A program made the translations under genes and the position numbers. Of a stretch of 64,000 nt of DNA, positions 28,793 to 38,535 are shown in pieces. The stretch is taken from positions 520 through 64,519 of the forward strand of contig JBJTAV010000151.1 of assembly GCA_046091005.1 (NCBI GenBank). Reading direction: 5' to 3'. The notes below the pieces were generated by a model, which made no database searches, had not been told where the DNA came from, and saw nothing but the letters and a program-made list of their open reading frames with translations. The stretch comes from Gammaproteobacteria bacterium. GTDB taxonomy: Bacteria > Pseudomonadota > Gammaproteobacteria > Steroidobacterales > Steroidobacteraceae. Each line of letters starts with the position of its first letter. Position 1 is the stretch's first letter.

Positions 28793-31120
28793 TCAGCGGC
28801 TTAGGCCGACCGATGAGTATCCCCGAATTGCCTCTTCGAGGAAAGCATCGGCCGAGCTTCCGACACTCGCGAGGCCGTTCAGTTCCAGCTGCAGGTAAAT
28901 GCCCGTGTCGCGCTCGCCGGTGCGGCTCGAGACGAAGCGGCGACCGACAAGCCGCAGCCGCCAGCAGCAAGCCTTGTATTCGAGCCCCGCAAAACGCTCG
29001 AGCGTGGTGCGTTCGCGAATGTCATAGACCATGCGTCCGTAGGCGTTCCAGCGCGCGTGGATCGGCCAGGCTCCCGACACCTCGCTCTGCTCCAATCGGT
29101 CGCGCTGAAAGCGATACGCAAGATTGAGCGCGCGCTCATCGTCAGGCCGGTACTGCACGCGCAAATGACTGCGCTGCTGCCGGGATGCTTCGCTGTCCCA
29201 TTGCAGGCCGAGATTGACGTTCCAGTCGCGCCAGGCCGAGATGCCGAGTTGGGCCACGAGATCGGAGCGGTTGGTGACGGGGGTCGTTTCGCCGGGCAGG
29301 CGGACGCGTGGTCGATCAAAGCGCCAGGTTTGTCCCAATGTTGCGGTCAGCAACTGCCGGCCCGAGCGACTATCGTAGATGCGCGAGGTCACACCCACGC
29401 TGGCGTGATTGGCATCGGCGATGCGATCCACGCCCGCGTAGCGTGTGGTGCGAAAGAGCTGCACGAAATCGAGATCCGGCAGCGCGGTGTCGAAGATCGG
29501 CAATGCATCTTGATTGCGATAGGGGGTCCAAAGATAGAGCAGCCGTGGTTCCAGCGTCATGCGCGTGCGCGAGTCGGTACTGCCATTGCGCTCGAGTCGC
29601 AGCGCGGCATCGAGTGCCGCCCAAGGCAGCGAACGCGCCGGCCTGTCCTTGCCACCCGGAGCCACGTTCTCAAGATCGTACCGCGTGTACCGCCAACCGG
29701 CCTGCGGCCGCAGGTAATAGCCCGCGTTGCCAAAGTCGAGCCCCAGGCGGGGTGCGACATCGGCACGCCAGCCCTGCACACCGGCATCGCGGTCAAAGTT
29801 CACGAGTTCACCATCGAGCCCGAAGCTCACCGGCAGCGCACCAGGACGTTGCCAATCACCGCTCGCGAGCACACGCGGCAGCCGCGCGTAGGGTCGATCG
29901 ACTGCGCTGAGTGCTCGATCGATGGTCTGGAATTGATCGGCCTCGGCACGCAGCCACCAGTGATCGTCGCGATAGCTCAGGCTCGCGAGCCGACGCAGGA
30001 AGGCCGTGCTCGTGCCTTCGCCTCCGGCGGCAAAGTCCTCAAAGTATTCGGCGTCGCTGACGCTCTGCGCGTCGAGGTCGAAGCGCCAGCCCGCCGGCAG
30101 TTCGCTGCGGTGCCTGACCCGCAGCCAGTTGCGATCGGCATCTCGAAGCGAATCGGCGGGCAAATAATTGAGTCGAAGTTCACCGCGATGCTGACGCGTC
30201 AGATAACGAAAGCGACTGCCGAGATCGAGTCCGCGTCGACCAAAAATCGTGGGCTCGAGCGTGAGGTCATAGTTCGGCGCGAGATTGAAATAATAGGGCA
30301 GCGTCGCTTCGGCACCGCCGCGTGTGCTGTAGCCGATATTCGGGAACAGAAAACCGCTCTTGCGCTGCCCACCGAGCGGGAACGAGAGATAGGGCAGATA
30401 AAGAATTGGCACGCCCTTGAATTCGATCGCGGCATTGCGACCCGTGCCGTTGCGGCTTCGGGTATCCAGCTCGATGCTGCGGGCGCGGATGCGCCAATCG
30501 GGCGAGGTCTGCGGGCAGGTGCTGAACCACACTTGCGAAAGCTTTACCTTGCCATCGAGGCCCACTTCCATGTTCGCCGCGGCGCCCCGCGCCGGTCGCG
30601 TCGGCAACTCGAACTCGGCGTCATCAAAACTGGCGCCGCCCGCCGGATCGTAACGACCCGAACGACCCGAGGCGCGCAGCTGCGGATCGGCATAGCGCAC
30701 GAGACCGCGCACCGCGAATTCGCGGGTTTGGGCGTCGTACTCCACGTCTTCGGCGCGCAGGCTGCGCTCGCCCTGACGAATGCTGACGCCCCCGCTCAGG
30801 TCGGCATCGCCGCTGACGCCGAGTTCCGCTGCATCGCTCGTGACTTCGACCGCATCGTCGGTTTGACGCGCCAAGGGCGCGGCTGCGGGCGGTGGGCTTC
30901 CTGCCTCAGGCAGTCGATCGCCGCGAGCGAGTGCCGCGCGTACGGAACTCGGTGCCGGGCAGCGCAGGGGCTGCGCGGCGGCTTCGGGAGGTGCGGCGGC
31001 TTCGGGAGGTGCCGCTGTGTCTGAGGAGGCGCGGGCGACGAGCACGCCTTGCAGGACCGCGAGCGCTGCGCAGGCAAGGAGGCTGACGGGACGACGCGGC
31101 GGGGCCATGGCGCCGCCCAT
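28793..31120 (-). CDS. lptD: LPS-assembly outer-membrane protein LptD
   Basis: About 775 aa, beta-rich with aromatic residues and a C-terminal barrel. Start taken at the ATG at 31120; the alternative is 31107. Conserved lptD-surA-pdxA-rsmA-apaH order. Confidence 0.88.
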   Translation of the reverse strand: MGGAMAPPRRPVSLLACAALAVLQGVLVARASSDTAAPPEAAAPPEAAAQPLRCPAPSSVRAALARGDRLPEAGSPPPAAAPLARQTDDAVEVTSDAAELGVSGDADLSGGVSIRQGERSLRAEDVEYDAQTREFAVRGLVRYADPQLRASGRSGRYDPAGGASFDDAEFELPTRPARGAAANMEVGLDGKVKLSQVWFSTCPQTSPDWRIRARSIELDTRSRNGTGRNAAIEFKGVPILYLPYLSFPLGGQRKSGFLFPNIGYSTRGGAEATLPYYFNLAPNYDLTLEPTIFGRRGLDLGSRFRYLTRQHRGELRLNYLPADSLRDADRNWLRVRHRSELPAGWRFDLDAQSVSDAEYFEDFAAGGEGTSTAFLRRLASLSYRDDHWWLRAEADQFQTIDRALSAVDRPYARLPRVLASGDWQRPGALPVSFGLDGELVNFDRDAGVQGWRADVAPRLGLDFGNAGYYLRPQAGWRYTRYDLENVAPGGKDRPARSLPWAALDAALRLERNGSTDSRTRMTLEPRLLYLWTPYRNQDALPIFDTALPDLDFVQLFRTTRYAGVDRIADANHASVGVTSRIYDSRSGRQLLTATLGQTWRFDRPRVRLPGETTPVTNRSDLVAQLGISAWRDWNVNLGLQWDSEASRQQRSHLRVQYRPDDERALNLAYRFQRDRLEQSEVSGAWPIHARWNAYGRMVYDIRERTTLERFAGLEYKACCWRLRLVGRRFVSSRTGERDTGIYLQLELNGLASVGSSADAFLEEAIRGYSSVGLSR
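30975..31010. repeat. 2 x 18-nt perfect in-frame tandem repeat inside the lptD N-terminal region
   Basis: GCGGCGGCTTCGGGAGGT at 30975-30992 and again at 30993-31010. On the coding strand this encodes the duplicated AAPPEA. Confidence 0.9.
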
Positions 31121-31161
31121 TATAATGACCCGCCTTTTCGCCACTGTGGATTTCAGCGCAC

Positions 31162-32238
31162 TTGTCGAGTTCTGCCGATTCAATCAATTCGCGGCCGTGG
31201 GCCGACGCGCGATTCGAGCTGCTGTCGCTGTGGGTCGTGCAGGAACTCGGTCACGATGCCGCAGAGATCGGCGTGGCTTCGGCCGATGCGAGTTTTCGCC
31301 GCTATTTTCGGGTCCGGCTGCGCGATGGCCGCAGTTTTGTGGTCATGGATGCACCACCTGCGCACGAGGACATCGGCCCCTATTTGAAAGTCGCGACGCT
31401 CTTGCACGCAGCGGGTGTGCATGTGCCCACTGTCCATGCCGTCGACCGCGAGCGCGGCTTCGTGTTGCTCGAAGATTTGGGCTCGACGCCGTTTTTGCCC
31501 GAGTTGCGTCGGCCCGGTCGCGCGGCCGTGCTTTATGCCGCAGCGCTGCAAACCCTCGAGGGGATTCAGGTCGACGGACTGTCCGCGGCGAGCGAGTTGC
31601 CGCCCTACGACACCGCTGCGCTGCGCCGCGAGCTCGAGCTGATGCCCGAGTGGTTTTGCGGTCGCCATCTGCAGCTCGAACTCGATGCCACCGAGCGTGG
31701 GTTGATCGAGCAGGCATTTCTTTGGTTGATCGACCAGGCGCTCGCGCAACCGGTCGTTTTCGTACACCGCGATTACCACTCACGCAATCTCATGCTGCTG
31801 CCCGGTGATGCCACGGGGGTGATCGATTTTCAGGACGCGCTGGCCGGCCCGGTGGGTTATGACCTCGTCTCCTTGCTCAAAGATTGCTATATCGGTTGGC
31901 CGCGAGCGCAAGTCGAGACCTGGGTTCGCGAGTATCGGGCGCGGCTGCTGCGCCGCGGTTCGTCGGCACTTTGTGGCCGCAACGATCGAGAGTTCCTGCG
32001 TTGGTTCGATCTGATCGGTGTGCAGCGACACATCAAAGTGCTCGGTATCTTTGCGAGGCTTTGGTGGCGCGATGGCAAAATAGGCTATCTCGATGATCTG
32101 CCGCTGACCCTCGATTACGTGCGCGACAGCAGCGCGCGATACCCCGAGTTGCGCGAGTTTGCGCTTTGGCTCGAGCGACGCGTCGTGCCGCAACTGGCGA
32201 TCGCGAACCTGCGCGCCAAGCAGGCAGCGCCAAAATGA
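31162..32238 (+). CDS. amgK: Aminoglycoside-phosphotransferase-fold kinase, AmgK-like (N-acetylmuramate/N-acetylglucosamine kinase)
   Basis: Catalytic loop [10 protein letters not shown] and IDFQDA. Divergent from lptD and coupled to a MurU-like gene, as in Pseudomonas cell-wall recycling. TTG start is uncertain. Confidence 0.7.
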   Translation: MSSSADSINSRPWADARFELLSLWVVQELGHDAAEIGVASADASFRRYFRVRLRDGRSFVVMDAPPAHEDIGPYLKVATLLHAAGVHVPTVHAVDRERGFVLLEDLGSTPFLPELRRPGRAAVLYAAALQTLEGIQVDGLSAASELPPYDTAALRRELELMPEWFCGRHLQLELDATERGLIEQAFLWLIDQALAQPVVFVHRDYHSRNLMLLPGDATGVIDFQDALAGPVGYDLVSLLKDCYIGWPRAQVETWVREYRARLLRRGSSALCGRNDREFLRWFDLIGVQRHIKVLGIFARLWWRDGKIGYLDDLPLTLDYVRDSSARYPELREFALWLERRVVPQLAIANLRAKQAAPK

Positions 32239-32957
32239 AAGCCATGATTTTGGCGGCCGGGCGCGGCGAGCGCATGCGGCCGCTCACCGACCATTGCCCC
32301 AAACCTTTGCTCGAGGTCGGCGGTCGGTCGCTGCTCGCCTGGCATCTGGCGGCGCTGTCGCGTGCAGGCATCCGCGACATTGTCATCAACCATGCTTGGC
32401 TCGGCGTGCAGATCGAGTCTGCTTTGGGCGACGGTCGTCGTTACGGCGTACGGATCGCCTACAGCGACGAACGCGGCGAAGCGCTCGAGACCGCGGGGGG
32501 GATTGTCAACGCGCTGCCGTTGCTGGGCAGCGAACCCTTTTTGGTGGTCAACGGCGATATCTGGACTGACTTCGATTACGCGCGTCCGCCGCTGCTCGAT
32601 GCCGAGGCCAGCGCGAGTCTTGTTTTGGTGCCTACTCCGCCGCAGCATCCGCGCGGCGATTTCGCGTTGTTGCCGCGCGAGGCTCGCGAAGGCAGCTACG
32701 ACGTGCTCGCCGACCCCGAACGGCTCGCGGCGCCTGACGCGCCACCGCGATACACCTTTTCCGGCATTGCGATGTACCGCCCCGAGTTCTTTGACGGCTG
32801 CAAGCCCGGGCGCTTTCCCTTGCTGCCCTTGCTGCGCGCCGCTGCGGCTGCAGGGCGCTTGCGCGGTCGTCTGTATCAGGGGCTTTGGTTCGATATCGGC
32901 ACGCCCGAGCGGCTGCGCGAACTCGATGAGCGGCTCGCCGGCGGGGCGAACGGTTAA
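32235..32957 (+). CDS. murU: Nucleotidyltransferase, MurU-like (N-acetylmuramate alpha-1-phosphate uridylyltransferase)
   Basis: ATGA overlap with amg[19 protein letters not shown]-transferase loop. Confidence 0.75.
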   Translation: MKAMILAAGRGERMRPLTDHCPKPLLEVGGRSLLAWHLAALSRAGIRDIVINHAWLGVQIESALGDGRRYGVRIAYSDERGEALETAGGIVNALPLLGSEPFLVVNGDIWTDFDYARPPLLDAEASASLVLVPTPPQHPRGDFALLPREAREGSYDVLADPERLAAPDAPPRYTFSGIAMYRPEFFDGCKPGRFPLLPLLRAAAAAGRLRGRLYQGLWFDIGTPERLRELDERLAGGANG

Positions 32958-32986
32958 GTCTGCGGCCGTCGCGTAAACTCCCGCCC

Positions 32987-34024
32987 ATGACCGACAAGGA
33001 AAAAGTCGTCGCCGTGCCGCCCCCCGTGCGCAGTGGCGAGAAGTACCGCACGGAACAGGGTTTTTCCGCGATCCGCGATGGCATCAAGGCAACCGCCGGT
33101 GCGCCAATGCGTGTGCCGGGCGGCAAGCCGCGCTGGCTCAAGGCCCAGCTCGCTGCGGGCGAGAACTATGATTTCGTGCGGCGCACGGTTCGCGAGCATC
33201 GTCTGGCCACGGTCTGCGAGGAAGCAAAGTGCCCGAACATCGGCGAGTGCTGGAACGCGGGCACCGCGACCATCATGCTGATGGGCGAGGTCTGCACGCG
33301 AGCCTGCCGTTTTTGTGCCGTTGACACCGGGAATCCGCGCGGCTGGTTGGACCCCGAAGAACCGCGCAATACCGCGCGCACCGTGGCGCTGATGCGCCTG
33401 CGTTATGTGGTGCTCACGTCCGTTAACCGTGACGATCTGCCTGATGGTGGTGCGGCGCATTTTGCGGCAGCGGTGCGGGCCATCAAAGAAATATCGCCGC
33501 AGACCGCCGTCGAAGCCTTGACCCCCGATTTTCAGGGCGTGCTGGCTGATGTCGAGACCGTGGTCGATTCGGGGCTCGAAGTATTTGCGCAAAATGTCGA
33601 GACCGTGCGTCGGCTGACGCACCCGGTGCGCGATCCACGCGCGGGTTACGAACAGACCTTGCGCGTGCTCGCCCATGCCAAGCGCCATCGGCCTTCGGTG
33701 TTGAGCAAAACCAGTCTGATGCTCGGGCTCGGTGAGACCGACGAAGAAATCATGACCACCATGGATGATTTGCGCGCGCATGACGTCGACCTGCTCACGC
33801 TCGGGCAGTACCTGCAGCCGACCGCGAATCATTTGCCGGTGGCGAGGTTCGTCACGCCGGAGGAGTTCGACCGCTACCGCGAGTGGGCACTGGCGCGCGG
33901 CTTTCGCGAATGCGTGTCGGGGCCGCTGGTGCGCTCAAGCTATCGCGCCGAGCAGGCGCTCGCGGGCAACAATGCCGGGCTCGACAACGCGGCGCTTGCG
34001 GCCAGTGTCCCGCCTCGTCCGTAA
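32987..34024 (+). CDS. lipA: Lipoyl synthase (radical SAM)
   Basis: Motifs [12 protein letters not shown] and [10 protein letters not shown] (CxxxCxxC). Confidence 0.95.
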   Translation: MTDKEKVVAVPPPVRSGEKYRTEQGFSAIRDGIKATAGAPMRVPGGKPRWLKAQLAAGENYDFVRRTVREHRLATVCEEAKCPNIGECWNAGTATIMLMGEVCTRACRFCAVDTGNPRGWLDPEEPRNTARTVALMRLRYVVLTSVNRDDLPDGGAAHFAAAVRAIKEISPQTAVEALTPDFQGVLADVETVVDSGLEVFAQNVETVRRLTHPVRDPRAGYEQTLRVLAHAKRHRPSVLSKTSLMLGLGETDEEIMTTMDDLRAHDVDLLTLGQYLQPTANHLPVARFVTPEEFDRYREWALARGFRECVSGPLVRSSYRAEQALAGNNAGLDNAALAASVPPRP

Positions 34025-34691
34025 CCTCGGTCGTGCCGAGTACCTGCCGGTCTGGCAGGCGATGCAGCGCTTCACCGATGAGCGCACGGCCGAGACCGCC
34101 GATGAAATTTGGGTGGTCGAGCACGAGCCCGTATTCACGCTCGGCATGAATGCTGATCCCGCGCACGTGCTCGATGCCGGCGACATTCCGGTGGTGCGCG
34201 TGGATCGCGGCGGGCAGGTGACCTATCACGGGCCCGGGCAGTTGGTCGTTTATCCGCTCATCGATCTGCGACGCGCTGGGCTCGGTGTGCGTGATCTCGT
34301 CACGGCTCTCGAGCAGTCGACCATCGATTGCCTCGCCGGATACGGGATTTCGGCCGCCACGCGGCCAAAGGCACCGGGGGTCTATGTGGGCGGGCGCAAA
34401 ATCGCCAGCGTCGGCATCCGTGTGCGGCGGGGCGCGAGTTATCATGGTTTGGCATTGAACGTGGCCATGGATCTGGCGCCGTTCGAGCGCATCAACCCCT
34501 GCGGCTATGAGGGGCTCGCGATGACCCAACTGGCGGCGCTAGGCGCCCCGACCGGGATGTCACGTGTGGCCGCGGACCTGCTGACCGAACTGCAGCGTTT
34601 GTTGTCGAGGATCCGCCATGACCCCGCCGAAACCCGTGCCGAGCAAGAAAGAAATCGAGATGGTTCGCAACCTTCTCGCCTACATCGGTGA
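33972..34691 (+). CDS. lipB: Octanoyltransferase (lipoyl(octanoyl) transferase)
   Basis: Motifs [21 protein letters not shown] and NPCG. Start ambiguous between the ATG at 33972, which overlaps the lipA 3' end, and the GTG at 34005. The 3' end overlaps folE. Confidence 0.85.
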   Translation: MPGSTTRRLRPVSRLVRNLGRAEYLPVWQAMQRFTDERTAETADEIWVVEHEPVFTLGMNADPAHVLDAGDIPVVRVDRGGQVTYHGPGQLVVYPLIDLRRAGLGVRDLVTALEQSTIDCLAGYGISAATRPKAPGVYVGGRKIASVGIRVRRGASYHGLALNVAMDLAPFERINPCGYEGLAMTQLAALGAPTGMSRVAADLLTELQRLLSRIRHDPAETRAEQERNRDGSQPSRLHR

Positions 34692-35196
34692 GGACCCGGA
34701 CCGCGAAGGCCTGCTCGAAACCCCAGCCCGTTTTTTGAAGGCCTGGGAAGAATACACCCGCGGTTACCGCGAGAAGCCCGAAGAAATTCTCAAGTCTTTC
34801 GAGGATGGTGCGCAGAGCTGCGATGAGATGGTGATCGTGCGCGACATCCCCGTGTACTCGCTTTGCGAGCATCACCTCGCGCCATTCTTTGGCAAGGCAT
34901 ACGTAGGTTATGTGCCTGACAAGCGAATTTTGGGCTTGTCAAAGATTTCGCGACTGGTCGAAATCTATGGCCGACGCCTGCAGGTGCAGGAGCGGCTCAC
35001 CAACCAAATCGCCGATGCGCTCGACACCCATCTGCAACCGCTCGGCGTCGCCGTGGTCATCGAGTGTCGTCACATGTGCATGGAATCGCGCGGCGTACGG
35101 CACACCGGGACGGCGACCGTGAGCTCGGCGCTGCGGGGTTCGATCAAGACCAACGCCGATACGCGGCGCGAGTTTCTGTCGCTGATCGGCCGCTGA
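34618..35196 (+). CDS. folE: GTP cyclohydrolase I (FolE type 1)
   Basis: Motifs [17 protein letters not shown] and RLQVQERLT. The alternative start is the ATG at 34660. Confidence 0.9.
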   Translation: MTPPKPVPSKKEIEMVRNLLAYIGEDPDREGLLETPARFLKAWEEYTRGYREKPEEILKSFEDGAQSCDEMVIVRDIPVYSLCEHHLAPFFGKAYVGYVPDKRILGLSKISRLVEIYGRRLQVQERLTNQIADALDTHLQPLGVAVVIECRHMCMESRGVRHTGTATVSSALRGSIKTNADTRREFLSLIGR

Positions 35197-35220
35197 TCAA
35201 ACCCCGGGGTCTGATCGGAC

Positions 35221-35499
35221 TCAGATCACCATCATCACGCCTTCGGTGGCTACCAGCGCACCGACCAGCGCCGTCACCTGTTCGCGGCTCTCAGCGACGA
35301 TGGTGTAAGTGATCGAGATGAAGTTTCCGGCGCCGCTTTCGCGCTCGCTGATGCGATCAGCCGAGAGCGAGGGGCTGTGCTGCGTGACCACCGCATCGAT
35401 ACGCGCGCGAAAATCACGCGATGTTCTGCCCACCACCTTGATCGGATAGTCGGTTGGGAACTGCAGCGGGCTCGCTGCCGGATCGACGGGTGTTACCAC
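35221..35499 (-). CDS. ybeD: DUF493 / YbeD family protein
   Basis: 92 aa with FPTDYPIKVVG. Conserved position downstream of dacA. Confidence 0.8.
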   Translation of the reverse strand: MVTPVDPAASPLQFPTDYPIKVVGRTSRDFRARIDAVVTQHSPSLSADRISERESGAGNFISITYTIVAESREQVTALVGALVATEGVMMVI

Positions 35500-36365
35500 G
35501 GCTGCGTTGCGAGCTCGCGCAGCAGGTCAGCGATGCCCTGGCGCATTTGCTGCCACACGGGCCCCGGTTTGCCGTTGCCCACGGGCTGACCGTCGAGCGT
35601 GGTCACTGCCGCAACCGTGCGTGTCGATGAAGAGATCCAGACTTCCTCTGCACTGCGCAGTTCGGCCTCGCTGACGTCACGGGTTAGGCAGGGCAGCCCC
35701 AAACGATCGGCAACTTCTTCGACCACGCTGCGCGTGGTGCCTGGCAGGATCGCGGTCGAATTGGGCGGCGTGACGATGGTGCCTGCGAGCACCACGTGCA
35801 CGGTAGAGGCTGTGGCTTCCATCATCTGCCCATCGCGCAGCAGGATAGTTTCGTCGGCGCCGACATCACAGCTCAGTTGTCGTTGCAGCACGTTGCCGAG
35901 CAAGGCCACCGATTTGATGTCGCAGCGTGCCCAGCGGATGTCGGGCGCGGTGACGCAGCTGATGCCGCGCGCGAGTTGCTCTGCGCCGGGTTTGGCGAGG
36001 GGCGCCGCGAAGCCGAACACGGTGGGTGGAATTTGTGGCAGGGGCGCGTGGGCGCGTTCGCTGTCTGCTCCGCGCGAAATCTGCACGTAGACATACATGT
36101 CACCGCCGCCGTTACGCTCCATGAGACCGCGCATGATGGCGCGCCAGCCGTCGCGATCATGCGGGTCACGCAGGCGCAGCGCTGCGCAACTGCGGCCGAG
36201 TCGATCGAAGTGTTCGCTGAAGCGGAATGGCCGCCCTGCAAAAACAGGGACTACTTCGTACACGCCATCACCGAACAGGAAGCTGCGATCGAGCGGCGAA
36301 ATCTTTGCCTCGGCGAGTGGCAGCCATTCGCCGTTCAGGTAGCAGATCGGCAAGGGGGCGGCCAT
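35493..36365 (-). CDS. dat: Class IV aminotransferase, D-amino-acid aminotransferase-like
   Basis: ORF trimmed to the ATG at 36365 (MAAPLPICYLNGEWLPLAEAKISPLDRSFLFGDGVYEV...). Confidence 0.8.
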   Translation of the reverse strand: MAAPLPICYLNGEWLPLAEAKISPLDRSFLFGDGVYEVVPVFAGRPFRFSEHFDRLGRSCAALRLRDPHDRDGWRAIMRGLMERNGGGDMYVYVQISRGADSERAHAPLPQIPPTVFGFAAPLAKPGAEQLARGISCVTAPDIRWARCDIKSVALLGNVLQRQLSCDVGADETILLRDGQMMEATASTVHVVLAGTIVTPPNSTAILPGTTRSVVEEVADRLGLPCLTRDVSEAELRSAEEVWISSSTRTVAAVTTLDGQPVGNGKPGPVWQQMRQGIADLLRELATQPW

Positions 36366-36366
36366 G

Positions 36367-37542
36367 TCAGCGCATCCACATGGCGACGGTGTCGCGTACG
36401 CGGGCCCAGACACCGCCAGCGGGCAAATCTTTGCTGACCACGAGCGGCACGCGACGGATGACGGTGTCGCCGTCTTGAACGCGCAACTCGCCGACTTGTT
36501 GCCCGGCCTTCAGCGGTGCGACCAGAGGTTCGTTCAGCTTGGTGGATACCCTAAGCTTCGAGGCACCACCGCGCACCACCGTGACGGCGACGTTGCTCTG
36601 CGGTCCGATGGCTGCGTACTGTTCGCTGCCCTTGTACACGCGCGGTTGCAGCACCATCTCGCCAGCCTTGCGCAGCGTGACGGTTTCATAGAACGCGAAG
36701 CCGTAGTTGAGGATACCGGCACTCGCCCGTTCGCGGATTTTTGGCGACTCGGTGCCGAAGACGGCCGAGATCATGCGAGTGCCGTTGCGCTCTGCCGAAC
36801 TGACGAGGCAATAGCCTGCGGTATCGGTGTGACCTGTCTTGATGCCATCGACGGTCGGGTCTTGATAGAGCAGACCGTTGCGATTTCCTTGACGGATATT
36901 GTTCCAGACGAATTCTTTCTGCGAGTACCAGCGGTAATACTGCGGGAATTCGCGGATCAGGGAGCGCGCCAGAATCGCGATGTCGCGTGCCGTGGTGTAC
37001 AGCGCAGGATCGGGTAGGCCGGTCGCATTCGCGAAGCTGCTGTTCTTCATGCCGAGTGCTTTTGCTTGCTGCGTCATCAGCTGCGCGAAAATCTCTTCCG
37101 AGCCCGCGAGTCGTTCGGCGAGTGCGATCGCGGCGTCGTTGCCCGACTGCACGATCATGCCCTGCAGCAATACTTCGGCGGGTACTTTGTCGCCCACCTG
37201 CAAAAAGGTGCGCGAGCCCTCGGCACGCCAGGCTTTCTCGCTGATGGTGATCGGTTCCTGCAACTGCAGGCGCCCTTCGGCGAGCGCGCGAAAGGCCACA
37301 TAGGCCGTCATTACTTTGGTGACGCTGGCGGGTTCGACGCGCAGATCTTCGTTCTGTCCTGCAAGACGACGCCCCGTGGCCTGATCCATGAGGATCCAGG
37401 ATTTAGCCTCTACGGCCGGCGCTGGCGGTACGGCCGAGGTGATGGCTGCAGCGGGTTGCACCGCAAAAAATGGCAGCACGAGCGCGCAGGCGAACAGGGC
37501 AAGACGGGACAAAACAGAAGTGGACAGCGACCGTGACAACAA
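36367..37542 (-). CDS. dacA: D-alanyl-D-alanine carboxypeptidase (PBP5/6 class)
   Basis: Motifs SVTKVMT (SxxK), SGND (SxN) and KTGHT (KTG). AGGAG sits 7 nt before the TTG start. Confidence 0.9.
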   Translation of the reverse strand: MLSRSLSTSVLSRLALFACALVLPFFAVQPAAAITSAVPPAPAVEAKSWILMDQATGRRLAGQNEDLRVEPASVTKVMTAYVAFRALAEGRLQLQEPITISEKAWRAEGSRTFLQVGDKVPAEVLLQGMIVQSGNDAAIALAERLAGSEEIFAQLMTQQAKALGMKNSSFANATGLPDPALYTTARDIAILARSLIREFPQYYRWYSQKEFVWNNIRQGNRNGLLYQDPTVDGIKTGHTDTAGYCLVSSAERNGTRMISAVFGTESPKIRERASAGILNYGFAFYETVTLRKAGEMVLQPRVYKGSEQYAAIGPQSNVAVTVVRGGASKLRVSTKLNEPLVAPLKAGQQVGELRVQDGDTVIRRVPLVVSKDLPAGGVWARVRDTVAMWMR

Positions 37543-37596
37543 GATGCAGCTCCTGCGAATGAAAGGGACCAGAGTCTGCCGCGAATTGTAAACGTG

Positions 37597-38484
37597 TTAC
37601 TCGTGCGCGGGACGAGCATCCGGGATGCCGGCAACCCGCAGTCTTTCGATCATGTCATCCGCCTCGATGGCGTTATCGAGCGGACCGACGCGTACGCGGA
37701 ACACCGTACGCTCGCCGATGCGCGCCTCACGCACGCCGGCATTGCGGATCCCGGCGCGTGCCAGCAAATTCAACATCGCCTCGGCGTTGGTGCGGGTCGC
37801 GAAAGATCCTGTTTGCAGATAACGCGAACTGACGCCGATGTCCGCCGCGGCAGTGACTACGGGCGCAGCCGCAACCGCAGGCGTAGCCGCAGCCGCAGGC
37901 GTAGCCGCAGCCGCGATCACGGGCGCGGGCGCCTCATCGCCCGGTTCGATGACGCGGATTTCCACGGGGGCGGTGCCCTTTCTCACCATGTCGAGTTTGT
38001 GCGCGGCGGTATAGGACAGATCGATGATGCGATCGCCGACGAACGGCCCGCGATCATTGACCCGAACCACCACCGAACGCCGGTTCTCGAGATTGGTGAC
38101 GCGCACGTAAACGGGAATGGGCAGCGTCTTGTGCGCCGCAGTCATCGCATACATGTCGTAGGGTTCACCACTCGAAGTACGCTCGGCGTGAAAACCGGGT
38201 CCGTACCACGAGGCTGTGCCGCGCTCGATATGACCGCGTGCACTGCGTTTCACGCGATAGGTCCGACCGAAGACTTCGTAGGTTTCGGGATTGCCGTAGC
38301 GGCTGCGCGGCTCTTTGCGCGGTACGGCGTCGGGGATGTCGTCGATGCGGCGCGGCGGCTTGACCGTGCCCGCGGGAACATCCGCACGCGGCAAAGGGTC
38401 CGGACCACGACGCAGCGTGCCGCAGGCCTGCAGCAAAAGTGCCGTGACCGCGAGCAAGAGCAGCGCGCGACTTTTGAAGATCAT
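37597..38484 (-). CDS. rlpA: Septal ring lytic transglycosylase RlpA (DPBB plus SPOR domains), lipoprotein
   Basis: Lipobox LLQAC, GTASWYG DPBB motif and a C-terminal SPOR-like domain. Confidence 0.87.
   Translation of the reverse strand: MIFKSRALLLLAVTALLLQACGTLRRGPDPLPRADVPAGTVKPPRRIDDIPDAVPRKEPRSRYGNPETYEVFGRTYRVKRSARGHIERGTASWYGPGFHAERTSSGEPYDMYAMTAAHKTLPIPVYVRVTNLENRRSVVVRVNDRGPFVGDRIIDLSYTAAHKLDMVRKGTAPVEIRVIEPGDEAPAPVIAAAATPAAAATPAVAAAPVVTAAADIGVSSRYLQTGSFATRTNAEAMLNLLARAGIRNAGVREARIGERTVFRVRVGPLDNAIEADDMIERLRVAGIPDARPAHE
37877..37912. repeat. 2 x 18-nt perfect in-frame tandem repeat in the rlpA Ala/Pro/Thr linker
   Basis: GCAGGCGTAGCCGCAGCC at 37877-37894 and again at 37895-37912. 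Confidence 0.9.
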
Positions 38485-38535
38485 CAGGAGTTAACGATCA
38501 TCAGGGGTTAACGATCATCAGGGTTGAAAGACCAT
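38479..38535. repeat. Three tandem 17-bp units (GATCATCAGGRGTTAAC) filling the mltB-rlpA junction
   Basis: Units at 38479-38495, 38496-38512 and 38513-38529 (the third is diverged at its 3' end), plus a GACCAT remnant. The first unit contains the rlpA start codon. Confidence 0.9.

Noticed and set aside
29057-31024. Very long ORFs antisense to real genes. Examples: 655 aa opposite lptD, 591 aa at 62121..63896 opposite secD, 481 aa at 47169..48614 opposite gatB, 421 aa at 693..1958 opposite pepP, 395 aa at 2147..3334 opposite ubiH, and 354 aa at 60321..61385 opposite tgt
   Set aside because: Their translations are Arg/Ala/Gly/His-rich and low in complexity, with no recognisable motifs. The opposite strand encodes proteins with unambiguous family signatures. 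Stop-free antisense frames are expected in GC-rich genomes with GC-biased third codon positions.
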